Positions 18,433-27,856 of a DNA stretch of 64,000 nucleotides are shown piece after piece; the first letter of the stretch is position 1; each line of letters opens with the position of its first letter. The notes under the pieces are model-generated. The model saw only the letters and a program-made list of their open reading frames with translations. It did no database searches and was not told the origin of the DNA. Source of the DNA: an uncultured bacterium (GTDB taxonomy: Bacteria > Verrucomicrobiota > Kiritimatiellia > RFP12 > UBA1067); NCBI GenBank assembly GCA_902764415.1, contig CACWVU010000001.1, forward strand, positions 1,133 through 65,132, read 5' to 3'. The position numbers were made by a program, and so were the translations under genes.

Positions 18433-21400
18433 AGCAGCGTGAATCATACAGGATAACCGCCGTGAGGGTTGTGGAGTTCCACAACCTCGGGACGACGACG
18501 ATTGAGATTCCCGAGGGCGGGCATCTGTTCCTTCTGGGCGACAACGGCTCGGGAAAGACGACCATCCTCGACGCAATACACCTCGTGCTGACCGCCGGAC
18601 GCGAAATGGAGTTCAACTCCGCCGCGCGCGTGGCGGGCGCGAAGGATTCCGGTGGACGCACCATCCAGGGAATCGTGCTTCGCTACAACGCCGTCACCGG
18701 ACGCCCCATGCGCGAGACGGGAATCACATACGCGGCGGTCGAGTTGAAGTCTGATGCCGGACGTGTCGTCTCGCTTGCCATCGGACTTTCCGCGGACGGA
18801 ATGGACGTTGCCTATGAACGCTGGGGCGGCATCGCGTCCGTTCCCGTCTCGGATCTTCCGCTCGCCGTAGAGGAAGAAGGCCGCCTCCGCGCCGCGACGC
18901 AGTCCGAATTCAAGCGCTCCGTTGCCATGCTCACCGGCGGCAAGTACTACGGGCACATCAACGACTACGCGGACGCGGTCGGCGCGCGGCTCTTCGGCGG
19001 CGAGGCGAAATACGCCGACGTCTGCAAGCTTCTCCGGACCGCCAAGGCCTACCGCGAAATCGCCGCGCGCGCGGCGAACTACGACGATCTTTTCCGCAGG
19101 CTTCTCGAGGATCCGAGCCGCGATACGTTTGAGCCGCTGCTGAAAGGACTCCGCGAGCTTGAGGAGAGCAAGGGACGTCTCGAGCAGATTGACGAGCGCG
19201 CGACCTACCTGAACGAACTGCGCCGCGAATCGGAGCGGCTGGCGACGCTGCGTCTCAAGACCGATCTCGTTGCATGGTCCGAAGCCGAGGCGAAGCGTAT
19301 TTCCGCGGTACGCGAAGGCGAGGCGCTTGCGGAATCAGAGCAGGCGGGACAGCGGGAGCTGTCCGCGCTTGAAGGCGAATGGGCGGCGCTGAAGGATGAT
19401 GCTGCCCGTGCGCGCGAGCGGCTTTCCGATCTGCGAGCGAAGGACAAAACCGGCCTCGTCGGACAGGAAAAGGCCGCCGCGCAGCGACTTTCCGAAGCGG
19501 AGAGAAAATCGGCCGATGCGGAGCGTGTGCTTGCAGAAGACCGCCGCGCCGCAGGTGCCGCGGAGAAAGCTGCGAAGGGCGCGTCAGAACATCGCGCGGC
19601 GGTATTGCGGAAGCACGCGGATGCATTGTCCGCAGCCGGCAAGGCGGCGAATGTTCCGGCAGGCGAAGTAGTCGATGCATTGTATGGAGCAGACGCGCAG
19701 GACCTGACCGGGTTGTTTGCGGAAGCGCGTGCCAGGGCCATGGCAGAGATCAATGTACGCACCGACGCAGCGTTTCAGGCGCGGTCCGAACTGGAGAGCG
19801 CGCACCGCGAAACCGAGGCGCGCCGCAGTGAACTTGATGCGATCCGCGAGCGCGGCGAGAATCTTCCGGATGTGCCGGGTTTCGATGAGGCGCGCACGGA
19901 GATTCGCGCAAAGATGCTGAATGCGCGTCCAATGTATGAGCTCATTGAGCCAGCGAGCGGATGCGATGCGCGTCATCTCGCGCTCCTCGAGCGGCTTGCC
20001 GGCGACGAGTTTCTCGCAACGTGGGTCGTGCGTCCCGACGAAGCCGACCAAGTGCGGCGGATTGCGTGGAAGAGTGCGGACGGCAGTGGAACGCCGTCCC
20101 TACCGAATGCGGTGCGCGGTAGGGTCGCCGTTCCACCGGCGACCGTTGCCGTGCGCGGCGGATCGGATGACGTGTCCGTCAACGACCTTGCGCCGTGGCT
20201 CGGGACGCAGGTGTCGTTCGAGGAGTCCGACGTTGAAGCCGTCGCGCTGCTGGCGCGGCACCTTGCGGCGAAGGGCGGTCCAGCGGGCGGAGATTTCCTT
20301 TCGCTGAAGACGTGGCTCTTCCGCGGGCGCGAGTGGCTTCTGCCCGATGCCAAGCCGCGCCTCATCGGCGCGAAGGCGCGCGCTGCCGAGCAGGCGCGCC
20401 TGGAAAAGGCGGCCGAAGCGCGTCTTGCGGAGGCGGAACGGACCGAAAAGGCGGCGGCGAAGGAAAGCGCCGCATGCGATCAGGCGCGTTTGAGTATGCA
20501 GACGTTTGTCGAGCGCCTCGAAGCGGCGCGGGACGATACCGCGCGCGAAGCGGCGTCCGTCGCCTCGGCAAACGCGGAGTTGCGCCGCGTGGACGAGCGC
20601 GCCTCGCTCTCGGCGGCGCGCGCGGAGGAGTGCCGCCGAGCGGCGTCGGCATGTCGCGAGGAGCTTGAGGACGTGCGCGTCAGGATGCGTGCCGAAGGGA
20701 TCGACGGATCGCTTGAAAAGCGCATTGCGTCCGCTGAAAAGACCTTGCAGGCGAAAGAGCGCGCGGCGGATGCGGCGCGGGAGCGGATCGGCGGCGTGCG
20801 CGGCCGGCTCGAAGGCCTCGCGAAGGCGCGGGCGGCGCGCGAAGCCGAGGCGGCGGAGTCCGCCGCGCGCGCGGCTGCGTCGCTGGCGCGTTTTTCCGCA
20901 CTCGTTCCGGAAGGGAAGGATGCCGCGCAGTTTGCGGCGGCGGAGTTCCCGCAGATTGCCGAAGTGGGAGCGGATTTCGCCGCGCTCCGCGAAGGGCTCG
21001 CGAAGGATTCCGGCGCTGCGGAGGCGAAGATCGAGCAGCGCATCCGCGACCAGAAGGGCGAGTCGTATGCGTTTTCGTTCGACCGCGCGTCGATCCGCAT
21101 CGTCGACCGGCGCGGCGTGTCGCTTGCGGAGGTGCTTGCGGACGAAACGCGGCGCCTGGACGAGCTTAAGGGCGTTCTCGACAAGAAGAGCCGCGAGGTG
21201 TTCGAGCAGATATTCATGGGTGAGGTCATGCGCAGGCTCTACCTCGACCTGATGCGGATCACCGACCTGACGGGACGCATCCAGCGTCAGCTCGCCGGAC
21301 GAAAATTCGGATCGAACCGCTATGCGTTTTCGCTCTCGCCGATTCCGGAATACGAGGGATTCGTCCGTCTTGTCCGCAAGGGCTACGCGCTCGACTCCGG

Positions 21401-21959
21401 CGGAGACAAGGACGAGCTTCGGGACTATCTCGAGCAGCACAGGGACGAAATCCTGAACGCAGACATCGACACGGTTCCTGATATCTTCGACTACCGCAAG
21501 TGGTTCCGCTTCGAGCTCAAGGTCGTGACGGAGAACGAGGAGGGACGCGTCATCGACCGCAAGGTGAAGAGCATGGGGTCCGGCGGCGAGCAGGCGGTGC
21601 CGAACTACCTCTTGATACTCACCGTTGCGGAATTCCTGTTCCACGGCGGCGACGGAGTGGAGCCTCCCAAGATGGCGCTCCTCCTCTTCGACGAGGCGTT
21701 CTACGGAATCGACGCGGCGCGGCGCGATCAGCTTCTCGCCTTCGCGGACGCGCTCGGGCTCCAGCTCTTCGTTTCGTCGCCTGACCAGGACGGAGTGAAG
21801 CGAGAGATAAAACACTCCGTCTCGCTTATCGTCGTAAAGGACGAAAACCTCGACGTGCACCTGACGCCTGTCGTCTGGCGCAACGTCGCCTCGCAAGGCG
21901 ATTTGCTGTCCGCCGCCGCGCCAGAAGTCGGCATGACGGTCAAGGAGGAGACGAAATGA
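18429..21959 (+). CDS. SMC/MukB/JetC-like ABC ATPase (1176 aa)
   Basis: Walker A LLGDNGSGKTT, FNSAAR, a long A/E/R-rich coiled-coil middle, signature GSGGEQ, Walker B LLLFDEAF. ATG overlaps the upstream stop (ATGA). Confidence 0.8.
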   Translation: MKQRESYRITAVRVVEFHNLGTTTIEIPEGGHLFLLGDNGSGKTTILDAIHLVLTAGREMEFNSAARVAGAKDSGGRTIQGIVLRYNAVTGRPMRETGITYAAVELKSDAGRVVSLAIGLSADGMDVAYERWGGIASVPVSDLPLAVEEEGRLRAATQSEFKRSVAMLTGGKYYGHINDYADAVGARLFGGEAKYADVCKLLRTAKAYREIAARAANYDDLFRRLLEDPSRDTFEPLLKGLRELEESKGRLEQIDERATYLNELRRESERLATLRLKTDLVAWSEAEAKRISAVREGEALAESEQAGQRELSALEGEWAALKDDAARARERLSDLRAKDKTGLVGQEKAAAQRLSEAERKSADAERVLAEDRRAAGAAEKAAKGASEHRAAVLRKHADALSAAGKAANVPAGEVVDALYGADAQDLTGLFAEARARAMAEINVRTDAAFQARSELESAHRETEARRSELDAIRERGENLPDVPGFDEARTEIRAKMLNARPMYELIEPASGCDARHLALLERLAGDEFLATWVVRPDEADQVRRIAWKSADGSGTPSLPNAVRGRVAVPPATVAVRGGSDDVSVNDLAPWLGTQVSFEESDVEAVALLARHLAAKGGPAGGDFLSLKTWLFRGREWLLPDAKPRLIGAKARAAEQARLEKAAEARLAEAERTEKAAAKESAACDQARLSMQTFVERLEAARDDTAREAASVASANAELRRVDERASLSAARAEECRRAASACREELEDVRVRMRAEGIDGSLEKRIASAEKTLQAKERAADAARERIGGVRGRLEGLAKARAAREAEAAESAARAAASLARFSALVPEGKDAAQFAAAEFPQIAEVGADFAALREGLAKDSGAAEAKIEQRIRDQKGESYAFSFDRASIRIVDRRGVSLAEVLADETRRLDELKGVLDKKSREVFEQIFMGEVMRRLYLDLMRITDLTGRIQRQLAGRKFGSNRYAFSLSPIPEYEGFVRLVRKGYALDSGGDKDELRDYLEQHRDEILNADIDTVPDIFDYRKWFRFELKVVTENEEGRVIDRKVKSMGSGGEQAVPNYLLILTVAEFLFHGGDGVEPPKMALLLFDEAFYGIDAARRDQLLAFADALGLQLFVSSPDQDGVKREIKHSVSLIVVKDENLDVHLTPVVWRNVASQGDLLSAAAPEVGMTVKEETK

Positions 21960-23203
21960 GCGACAACAGGCCATTGAACAAGACGGCAATCGCCGAGGCG
22001 GTTGAGAAGGCACCGCCGGTGGCGGATGTGCTGAGGAAGCTTGCTGGCAAGGTGGTGCGCGGAGTCGCGCTTCCTGGCTCCTTCACGGCGAAGGGGATCG
22101 ACTACGAAGCGCAGCGCGAGCTGGAGCGCCTGTTCGGCACGCTCGGGCAGCGCCAGCCGAATGGTTCGTTCCGCATTCAACTGCATGAGTTTCTTCGCGA
22201 TCCAGCGAAATGGTGCGAGGCGGTGGAGTATTTCGGGCTCGGGAAGGGAAAGGACGACGAAGGCGATGCCGAGGATGTCTTCGCACGGCTCAAACTGCTT
22301 GAACCAGATCTTTCGCAATTCATCGACAAGCTGTCCGCAAACGAGGAGGTGAGGCGGTTCCTGGTGACGGCGGAGAACCGGAAGGACTGGATGCATCTCT
22401 TTCGCTCCTTTGTCGAGAGATTCGACGGCCCTGAGTGCGGACTCGTTACGACGCTTTCCCAGCTTGGTTCTGACTGGTTCGGCGACAGCAAGAAGCTGAG
22501 GAGCGGCGGACTGCGCCGCCAGTTGGCCATAATCGCCGCAACGCTGGCCGATTCGCCTCTGGACGACGAAAGACGCGCGCTTGAAGGGGTTCTGGTCGTT
22601 GACAACCCCTACACGAGCAGCGTCACGTTCTCTGCGCCTGTGCATCTGGTCTTGAAGGACGGAGAGGTGCTTGACTATCCGTGTCGCTACTACGTCAACA
22701 GAATGGCGACGCAGCTTCCGCTTGAGACGGTACTTGAGCTTGCGGAGGTGAAATGGGCAGGGAAGATTCGTGCCGTGACGACAAGCGAAAACGCCGCGCC
22801 CTTTGCCAACATGGTGCGGAAAGGAGACGCCTGTGTCTATACAGGTGGCTATCCATGCCTGGCGGTGAAGATGTTCCTCCATAAGCTCGGTGCGACAGGG
22901 TCGGAATGCATCCATGAAGGAGACGCAGACCTAGACGGATTCAGAATCGCGTCTGAGGTCGGAAAGTGCATTCCGCTCAAGCGTGCCGTCGCGTCCGATG
23001 TTCTTGCGTGTGCTATGCCGGATGCAGGACGAGAACTAACGGCGGATCAGACAAGACGAGCCTGGTCGTTTCTCTCAAGTCCGCAATGGAAGGACTTCCG
23101 GTTCTCTGACGATGTGAGGCGAATAGTGTCTCGCGGCCGCTGGATCGAGCAGGAGTTGTTTGGCGCGATTTTTCGCAGGGCCAAGAAGGAGGCTGCGCGG
23201 TGA
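21956..23203 (+). CDS. JetD/MksG-like Toprim-domain protein (415 aa)
   Basis: C-terminal TSENAAPF (Toprim Glu) and HEGDADLDGFRIA (DxD). ATG overlaps the upstream stop (ATGA). Confidence 0.7.
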   Translation: MSDNRPLNKTAIAEAVEKAPPVADVLRKLAGKVVRGVALPGSFTAKGIDYEAQRELERLFGTLGQRQPNGSFRIQLHEFLRDPAKWCEAVEYFGLGKGKDDEGDAEDVFARLKLLEPDLSQFIDKLSANEEVRRFLVTAENRKDWMHLFRSFVERFDGPECGLVTTLSQLGSDWFGDSKKLRSGGLRRQLAIIAATLADSPLDDERRALEGVLVVDNPYTSSVTFSAPVHLVLKDGEVLDYPCRYYVNRMATQLPLETVLELAEVKWAGKIRAVTTSENAAPFANMVRKGDACVYTGGYPCLAVKMFLHKLGATGSECIHEGDADLDGFRIASEVGKCIPLKRAVASDVLACAMPDAGRELTADQTRRAWSFLSSPQWKDFRFSDDVRRIVSRGRWIEQELFGAIFRRAKKEAAR

Positions 23204-24846
23204 AACGGCGCATCGAGAGCCCAGAGGCGGATTTGTTCGCCCAAGCTGGAGGTGGCGGGGCGCCGCCACTGCCGATCTCCTCGCCGTTCGTCGATACGAC
23301 GCGTGAGATGCTCACCGGACGCGCCACGACGCTCGGCAACATGCTCGCGAGCGAACGCGCGGCCGAGTATGTCGCGATCCTGCGGGCGCTCGCGGAGTTC
23401 CGCGCCGAACACGAGCCTGAGCCGCTTCACGAGGACGTGGAGCGGAAGGTGTGCGGCGAAGAAGCGGATGCGTTTGCGTCCGCGGCGTTCAAGAGCGATC
23501 TCCGCCAGCTCAAGGAATGGAACCTCGTAGCGGAGCGCATCGAGAAGGAGCGGTTGCGCGGCTATCGCGACAACCGGCGCGCCAAGTTCCGCTATAGGAT
23601 GTGCGACGACGCGGCGGCCTTCGTGGAATGGCTGGCCGACCGCCATGCGCGCGACCTCATCCCGGGGGCGGGCGACGAAACGGGCAATCTCCTCGACATG
23701 CAGCGCTCCATACTTTCCGAGCTGCGGCGCATGCTCCATCGCGTGGATGCGGCAAAAGTCTCCTACGAAACCGCCGGCGACGTGCTGTTCCGCATCGATC
23801 AGGTGTCGCGCTACGTCGACGCGACGGCGAAGACCCTGCAGGAGCTAAACCTGCGGCTTCTGAGCTTCGGCATCGCCGAGTTTTCCGCGGACGAGGCCAA
23901 GCCCATCGTCGACGAGCTCGCGGTTTTCCTCGAGCGCTTCGGCAGGCGATTCGGAACGCTGCGCGAAGACATTTTGCGCGACGTCGAGGAGATGCGGCGC
24001 GACTGTCATGCGAAGAGATGGAAGGCATGCGCCGATACGCTCGCGGCGGAGACCTCGCGTTTCCGGCATATAGCGTCTGTGAAGATTCCGGACGCTGCGC
24101 GCATCCTTGCGGACGCCTCGCTCTTCTACGGCGCGGGCGGAACGCTCGTTTCGCTCATGTCGCGCATCGGCGACTCGGCGCGGAAGGTCTGGGGCAAGTT
24201 GAACGCGAAGCTGCGCGAGCTGGAGCGGCGCAACCACCGCATCGAGGATGTCGGCGCGCGTCTTGCGGAACTTGCGCGGCTCGGCGAGGATGAAGTTCCG
24301 CACGCCTGGATGCAGCGGCTCCTGGAGCCGGCGGCGATGTGCGGCGACGCGCAGGTGCGTCCGGGCGGAGAGAAGTCCGTTGCGCCACTCCCGAAGAAGT
24401 CGTCGCAGGTGAAGACGCGAAAGATCGTCTCCTGGATCACGCCGCGCAGGGTCGGGGAGCGTCCGGACGTCGCGTCCATCGCCGAGGAGCGCGCGAAGCG
24501 GCTCAGGGAGTGGATGTCTGCACGCGGGGTATATCCGACGGACGATGCGCTGTCGCTTTCCGGCGGAGCTTATTCCGAGTTCGGGGATTTCGCCAACCTT
24601 ATGAAGGTCATCGAGCATGTCTGGCTGGGCGGCGGCGAGAAGGCGCGGAAGCTTTTGGGCCTTCGCGGCACACCGACAGGCGTGGATGCCAGGGTTGAAA
24701 TCGACGGTGCAGCGTTGGCGTTTGAGGACATAACACTTGAGCTAATAAATGGATACGATACTCTGCCCGGACATTCATGCAGTCCGTCGGTCTCGTCAAC
24801 GACCACGCCCGCTTCTGCTTCCGCTACAAGGAACTCAAAAGGGTGA
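23200..24846 (+). CDS. JetA/MksF-like kleisin candidate (548 aa)
   Basis: The N-terminal segment ERAAEYVAILRALAEFRAE resembles the N-terminus of DUF2397/TIGR02677-type proteins as I recall them. The rest is helical. GTG overlaps the upstream stop (GTGA). Confidence 0.45.
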   Translation: MKRRIESPEADLFAQAGGGGAPPLPISSPFVDTTREMLTGRATTLGNMLASERAAEYVAILRALAEFRAEHEPEPLHEDVERKVCGEEADAFASAAFKSDLRQLKEWNLVAERIEKERLRGYRDNRRAKFRYRMCDDAAAFVEWLADRHARDLIPGAGDETGNLLDMQRSILSELRRMLHRVDAAKVSYETAGDVLFRIDQVSRYVDATAKTLQELNLRLLSFGIAEFSADEAKPIVDELAVFLERFGRRFGTLREDILRDVEEMRRDCHAKRWKACADTLAAETSRFRHIASVKIPDAARILADASLFYGAGGTLVSLMSRIGDSARKVWGKLNAKLRELERRNHRIEDVGARLAELARLGEDEVPHAWMQRLLEPAAMCGDAQVRPGGEKSVAPLPKKSSQVKTRKIVSWITPRRVGERPDVASIAEERAKRLREWMSARGVYPTDDALSLSGGAYSEFGDFANLMKVIEHVWLGGGEKARKLLGLRGTPTGVDARVEIDGAALAFEDITLELINGYDTLPGHSCSPSVSSTTTPASASATRNSKG

Positions 24847-24854
24847 AGTGAATC

Positions 24855-25892
24855 ATGGGTAAACGGTTGACAGGGTTTGACTATTCGCGACCGCTGTTCT
24901 ACATGGTAACGATCAAGTGCCATGAAGGGCGGCAGGCGCTGTCGGAGGTCGTCGCGCCCGGCAGATGCCAGATGAACGCGGTCACCCGCGCGATGGTGAA
25001 CTGCATTCGCAACTTTCATCTCGGCTGTAAGGCGATTGCGCCGATTGAGTGCTTTTCGATCATGCCCGATCATGTCCATTTGCTGATTAGGATAGTGGAG
25101 CAGGTAGGAGCAAGACTCTCAGGAGGGGACGCGATGGCGCGTTTAGACGGGGACGCCGGGGTTAAGAGTTTTGCTCCTTTCATCCCGCTTCGGCTTGAGG
25201 CGATTGTGGGCATGCTCATGCAGGCGCTGGAGGGGCGATATGCCGAGGTGACAGGTCGCAGGGAGGAAGTTTTCGAGGCGAGCTGGCACGACTGGATCGT
25301 GATGGCCGAGGGGCAACTCTCCGCCTTTACGCGGTATATTCGCGAAAATCCGCGCCGGGCGTGGCTGAGGCGAGAGAACCGCCGCTTTTTCACGCAGGTG
25401 AGGCGAGTTTCATTTGCCGGGCGCGAGTGGTTCGCCTACGGTAATGCGGCGCTTCTGGAACTGCCCGTGATCGAGCCGTTCAGATGCTCTCGCAAATGGA
25501 CCGAGGACGGCGACGAGTGGCGCGAGGCCGTCGGCAGGGCCGCGCGCATCGGCCCCGGCGGGGCGGGCGCGGGAACATTCATGAGCCCTTGTGAAAAGCT
25601 CTGCGGCAACCAAATATTCAAGGCGGGCGGTGCGCTGATCGTGCTTTCTCCCGAGGGCTTTGGCCCGAGATGGCACCCGACGCGCAACAAGGAGGCGCTC
25701 TGTGCGAAAGGGCGCATGCTATTTCTCTCGCTATGGGAGCCGCAGGCCGCGAGGCCCGACAACGCCACGCTCTACAGGCGCTGCCACGAGATGGGCGACG
25801 CGATTTTAGGGGCAAAACGCTTAGATAGGAGCAAGACTCTTACGAGTGTATCTTCTAAGAGTTTTGCTCTTAAAGGGGTTGATGATGAATAG
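24855..25892 (+). CDS. HUH Y1 transposase-like protein (IS200/RAYT-like fold) with C-terminal extension
   Basis: PDHVHLLI (HUH) and YIRENP (catalytic Tyr helix). 345 aa, longer than IS200 TnpA. Starts 8 nt after the upstream gene and overlaps the next gene. No flanking IS ends seen. Confidence 0.6.
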   Translation: MGKRLTGFDYSRPLFYMVTIKCHEGRQALSEVVAPGRCQMNAVTRAMVNCIRNFHLGCKAIAPIECFSIMPDHVHLLIRIVEQVGARLSGGDAMARLDGDAGVKSFAPFIPLRLEAIVGMLMQALEGRYAEVTGRREEVFEASWHDWIVMAEGQLSAFTRYIRENPRRAWLRRENRRFFTQVRRVSFAGREWFAYGNAALLELPVIEPFRCSRKWTEDGDEWREAVGRAARIGPGGAGAGTFMSPCEKLCGNQIFKAGGALIVLSPEGFGPRWHPTRNKEALCAKGRMLFLSLWEPQAARPDNATLYRRCHEMGDAILGAKRLDRSKTLTSVSSKSFALKGVDDE

Positions 25893-27615
25893 CGATAGCG
25901 ACAAATCCGAACTTCGGCGGGAGATGAAGGCGCGGCGGAAGGCGCTCGCGGCGGACGCGAAGGCCGCGGCGGATGCCGTCGTCTGCGAAAAGCTCAAGGC
26001 CAGGAGCGACATCTACGTGATGGTCGATCCGCTTGACTTCGGTGGTGCATTGGCCGTCTATCTCGCCTCGCCCGACGAAATTAACATCGATCCCTACATC
26101 GAGTATGTGCTTCACATGGACGTCGAGGTTGTCGCGCCGCGCTGGAACGGCGAGACTTACGAGCTCGCAAAGCTGAAGGGACTGGACGAGAAGAACCTGC
26201 GGCGCGGCCCGATGGGGATTCGCGAACCCGCCGACGCCGACATAGTGGAGCCGAAGAACGTCTATGCATGGATCATTCCAGGTCTTGCGTTCACGCGCGG
26301 CGGCAAGCGCCTTGGCTATGGCGGAGGATGGTACGACCGATTTCTCGCATCCGCGCCGAAAGGCGCAATCAAGATTGGCGTTGGCCATTCGTTCCAGATT
26401 GTCGATGACCTTCCAAGTGAACCGCACGACATCCAGCTTACCGACGTTGTTGACGGCTCTCTCGAAGACGATGCGCTTGAATTCAAGGAGATGGACGACG
26501 GTTTTCTGGCAAAGATCAAGATAAAGGACAGGGCGCAACGGTTTAAGGCGGTCGGTGTGTGTCTGTTGAGGACTCTTCTCTCGCCTGTCATCGGATTTGC
26601 CGTGTTCAGTTTGCTGTATGCGCTTGCGAAGTCGGGGCTGTATGTGCCGACGCGGCTAGTTCTGTTCATCGTGCTGCTTGGTGTTCTCGCGAGTTTCGTA
26701 TTCCCGGTTGCCGTGCTGATAAAGGCAATCGCCGCATGTGTGGAATGCGCGGCGGAGATACGCTTCGCGAATGGCGAGGGCGTGTGCCGCCGCTGGCTCT
26801 TTGGCCGGCTGCCGCTTCCTACGCGGCGGTTCACGCTGTCGCCATGGTCGCGGACGACTGGCGGAACGTGCGACTCTGCGTTGAAGGCATACGACTTTGA
26901 CACCGTTAAGATATGGCCGGACGGCGAGTATGTCCAACCCTGCCGACCACTGGTCAGGACATACGCCCACACGGCATTGATGCTGGCGATTCAGATCAAT
27001 CGCGCGAACAAATATGACGACGCGTCATACATTGCCGCACGCAAGACCCGTCTCGCCAATCTGCCGCGCGGGATGAAAATCTGCCCGACCGAGGACGGAC
27101 TGGGACGGATAGCCGTTATTCGCCCGCGTTCGCCGAATATATCACTCGAGGGCGTTGCGTGTGCTCTTATCGTGCTTATGCTGGCAACGTTCCTGATTTA
27201 TATCCCTTGTGTAGGATGGGCATTGTTCGGCGTTGTGGCGTTGGCTGTTTTCGCAATATGTCTTTACGGAATGCTTAGGGGGCTTTTCGGTTGCGTCAGA
27301 TGTGAAATTAGAAGCGGACGGATGGACTGTGTATCGGGGCTGTGGCCTTTTGTGCGGGAATGCAGAGTCTCGCTTGAAGGCAAGAGTCCGTCGCCATGCA
27401 GTGAACCTGATTGGCTGTATAACCTGTTTGCAGAGGCTGGCTGCTATCCGTTCTCGTGGCTGCCGCCGAAATACAGACTGCCGTTGCGGCTCTTCGTGGA
27501 AGAAGTGCTTGCGATAGATGCTTCAGATGATAAGGTTCGGGGGGATGTTTTTAGCCACAAAGTTCAGGAGGGACAGGAGAATTTAGCCACAAAGGGCAGG
27601 AGGGACATGAGATGA
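25882..27615 (+). CDS. 5-formyltetrahydrofolate cyclo-ligase domain fused to a ~390 aa Cys-rich polytopic membrane domain
   Basis: N-terminal ELRREMKARR..., GLAFTRGGKRLGYGGGWYDRFL. Downstream are two pairs of hydrophobic helices and CxxC-like motifs (CVECAAE, CVRCEIRSGRMDC). The last ~20 codons lie in the TTTAGCCACAAAG repeat. Confidence 0.65.
   Translation: MMNSDSDKSELRREMKARRKALAADAKAAADAVVCEKLKARSDIYVMVDPLDFGGALAVYLASPDEINIDPYIEYVLHMDVEVVAPRWNGETYELAKLKGLDEKNLRRGPMGIREPADADIVEPKNVYAWIIPGLAFTRGGKRLGYGGGWYDRFLASAPKGAIKIGVGHSFQIVDDLPSEPHDIQLTDVVDGSLEDDALEFKEMDDGFLAKIKIKDRAQRFKAVGVCLLRTLLSPVIGFAVFSLLYALAKSGLYVPTRLVLFIVLLGVLASFVFPVAVLIKAIAACVECAAEIRFANGEGVCRRWLFGRLPLPTRRFTLSPWSRTTGGTCDSALKAYDFDTVKIWPDGEYVQPCRPLVRTYAHTALMLAIQINRANKYDDASYIAARKTRLANLPRGMKICPTEDGLGRIAVIRPRSPNISLEGVACALIVLMLATFLIYIPCVGWALFGVVALAVFAICLYGMLRGLFGCVRCEIRSGRMDCVSGLWPFVRECRVSLEGKSPSPCSEPDWLYNLFAEAGCYPFSWLPPKYRLPLRLFVEEVLAIDASDDKVRGDVFSHKVQEGQENLATKGRRDMR
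27582..27602. repeat. Left arm of the IR bracketing the GxxExxY remnant
   Basis: tttagccacaaagggcaggag. The reverse complement at 27837-27857 differs at 1 position. A further partial direct copy is at 27548-27562. Confidence 0.8.
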
Positions 27616-27637
27616 GAAGCAGGAGAGGAAAAACGGC

Positions 27638-27856
27638 ATGACAGAAGAAGAGGTTAATGCGAAATGCGTGGATGGCATTGTGATTGAGTTGAAGGCCGTG
27701 TCCACGCTCTTGAATGTGCACATAGCGCAAACGATCAACTACTTGGTCGCCATGAAAATCGATTATGGTATGTTGATTAATTTTGGTTCACACAAGTACG
27801 AGACGAGAAAGCTTGCTCGCCCCCACACTCCTGCATCTCCTGTCCTTTGTGGCTAA
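27638..27856 (+). pseudogene. C-terminal half of a GxxExxY-family (PD-(D/E)XK-like) protein
   Basis: IVIELKAV...HIAQTINYL...GMLINFG matches the C-terminal half of the family. The N-terminal half carrying GxxExxY is absent. Confidence 0.55.
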
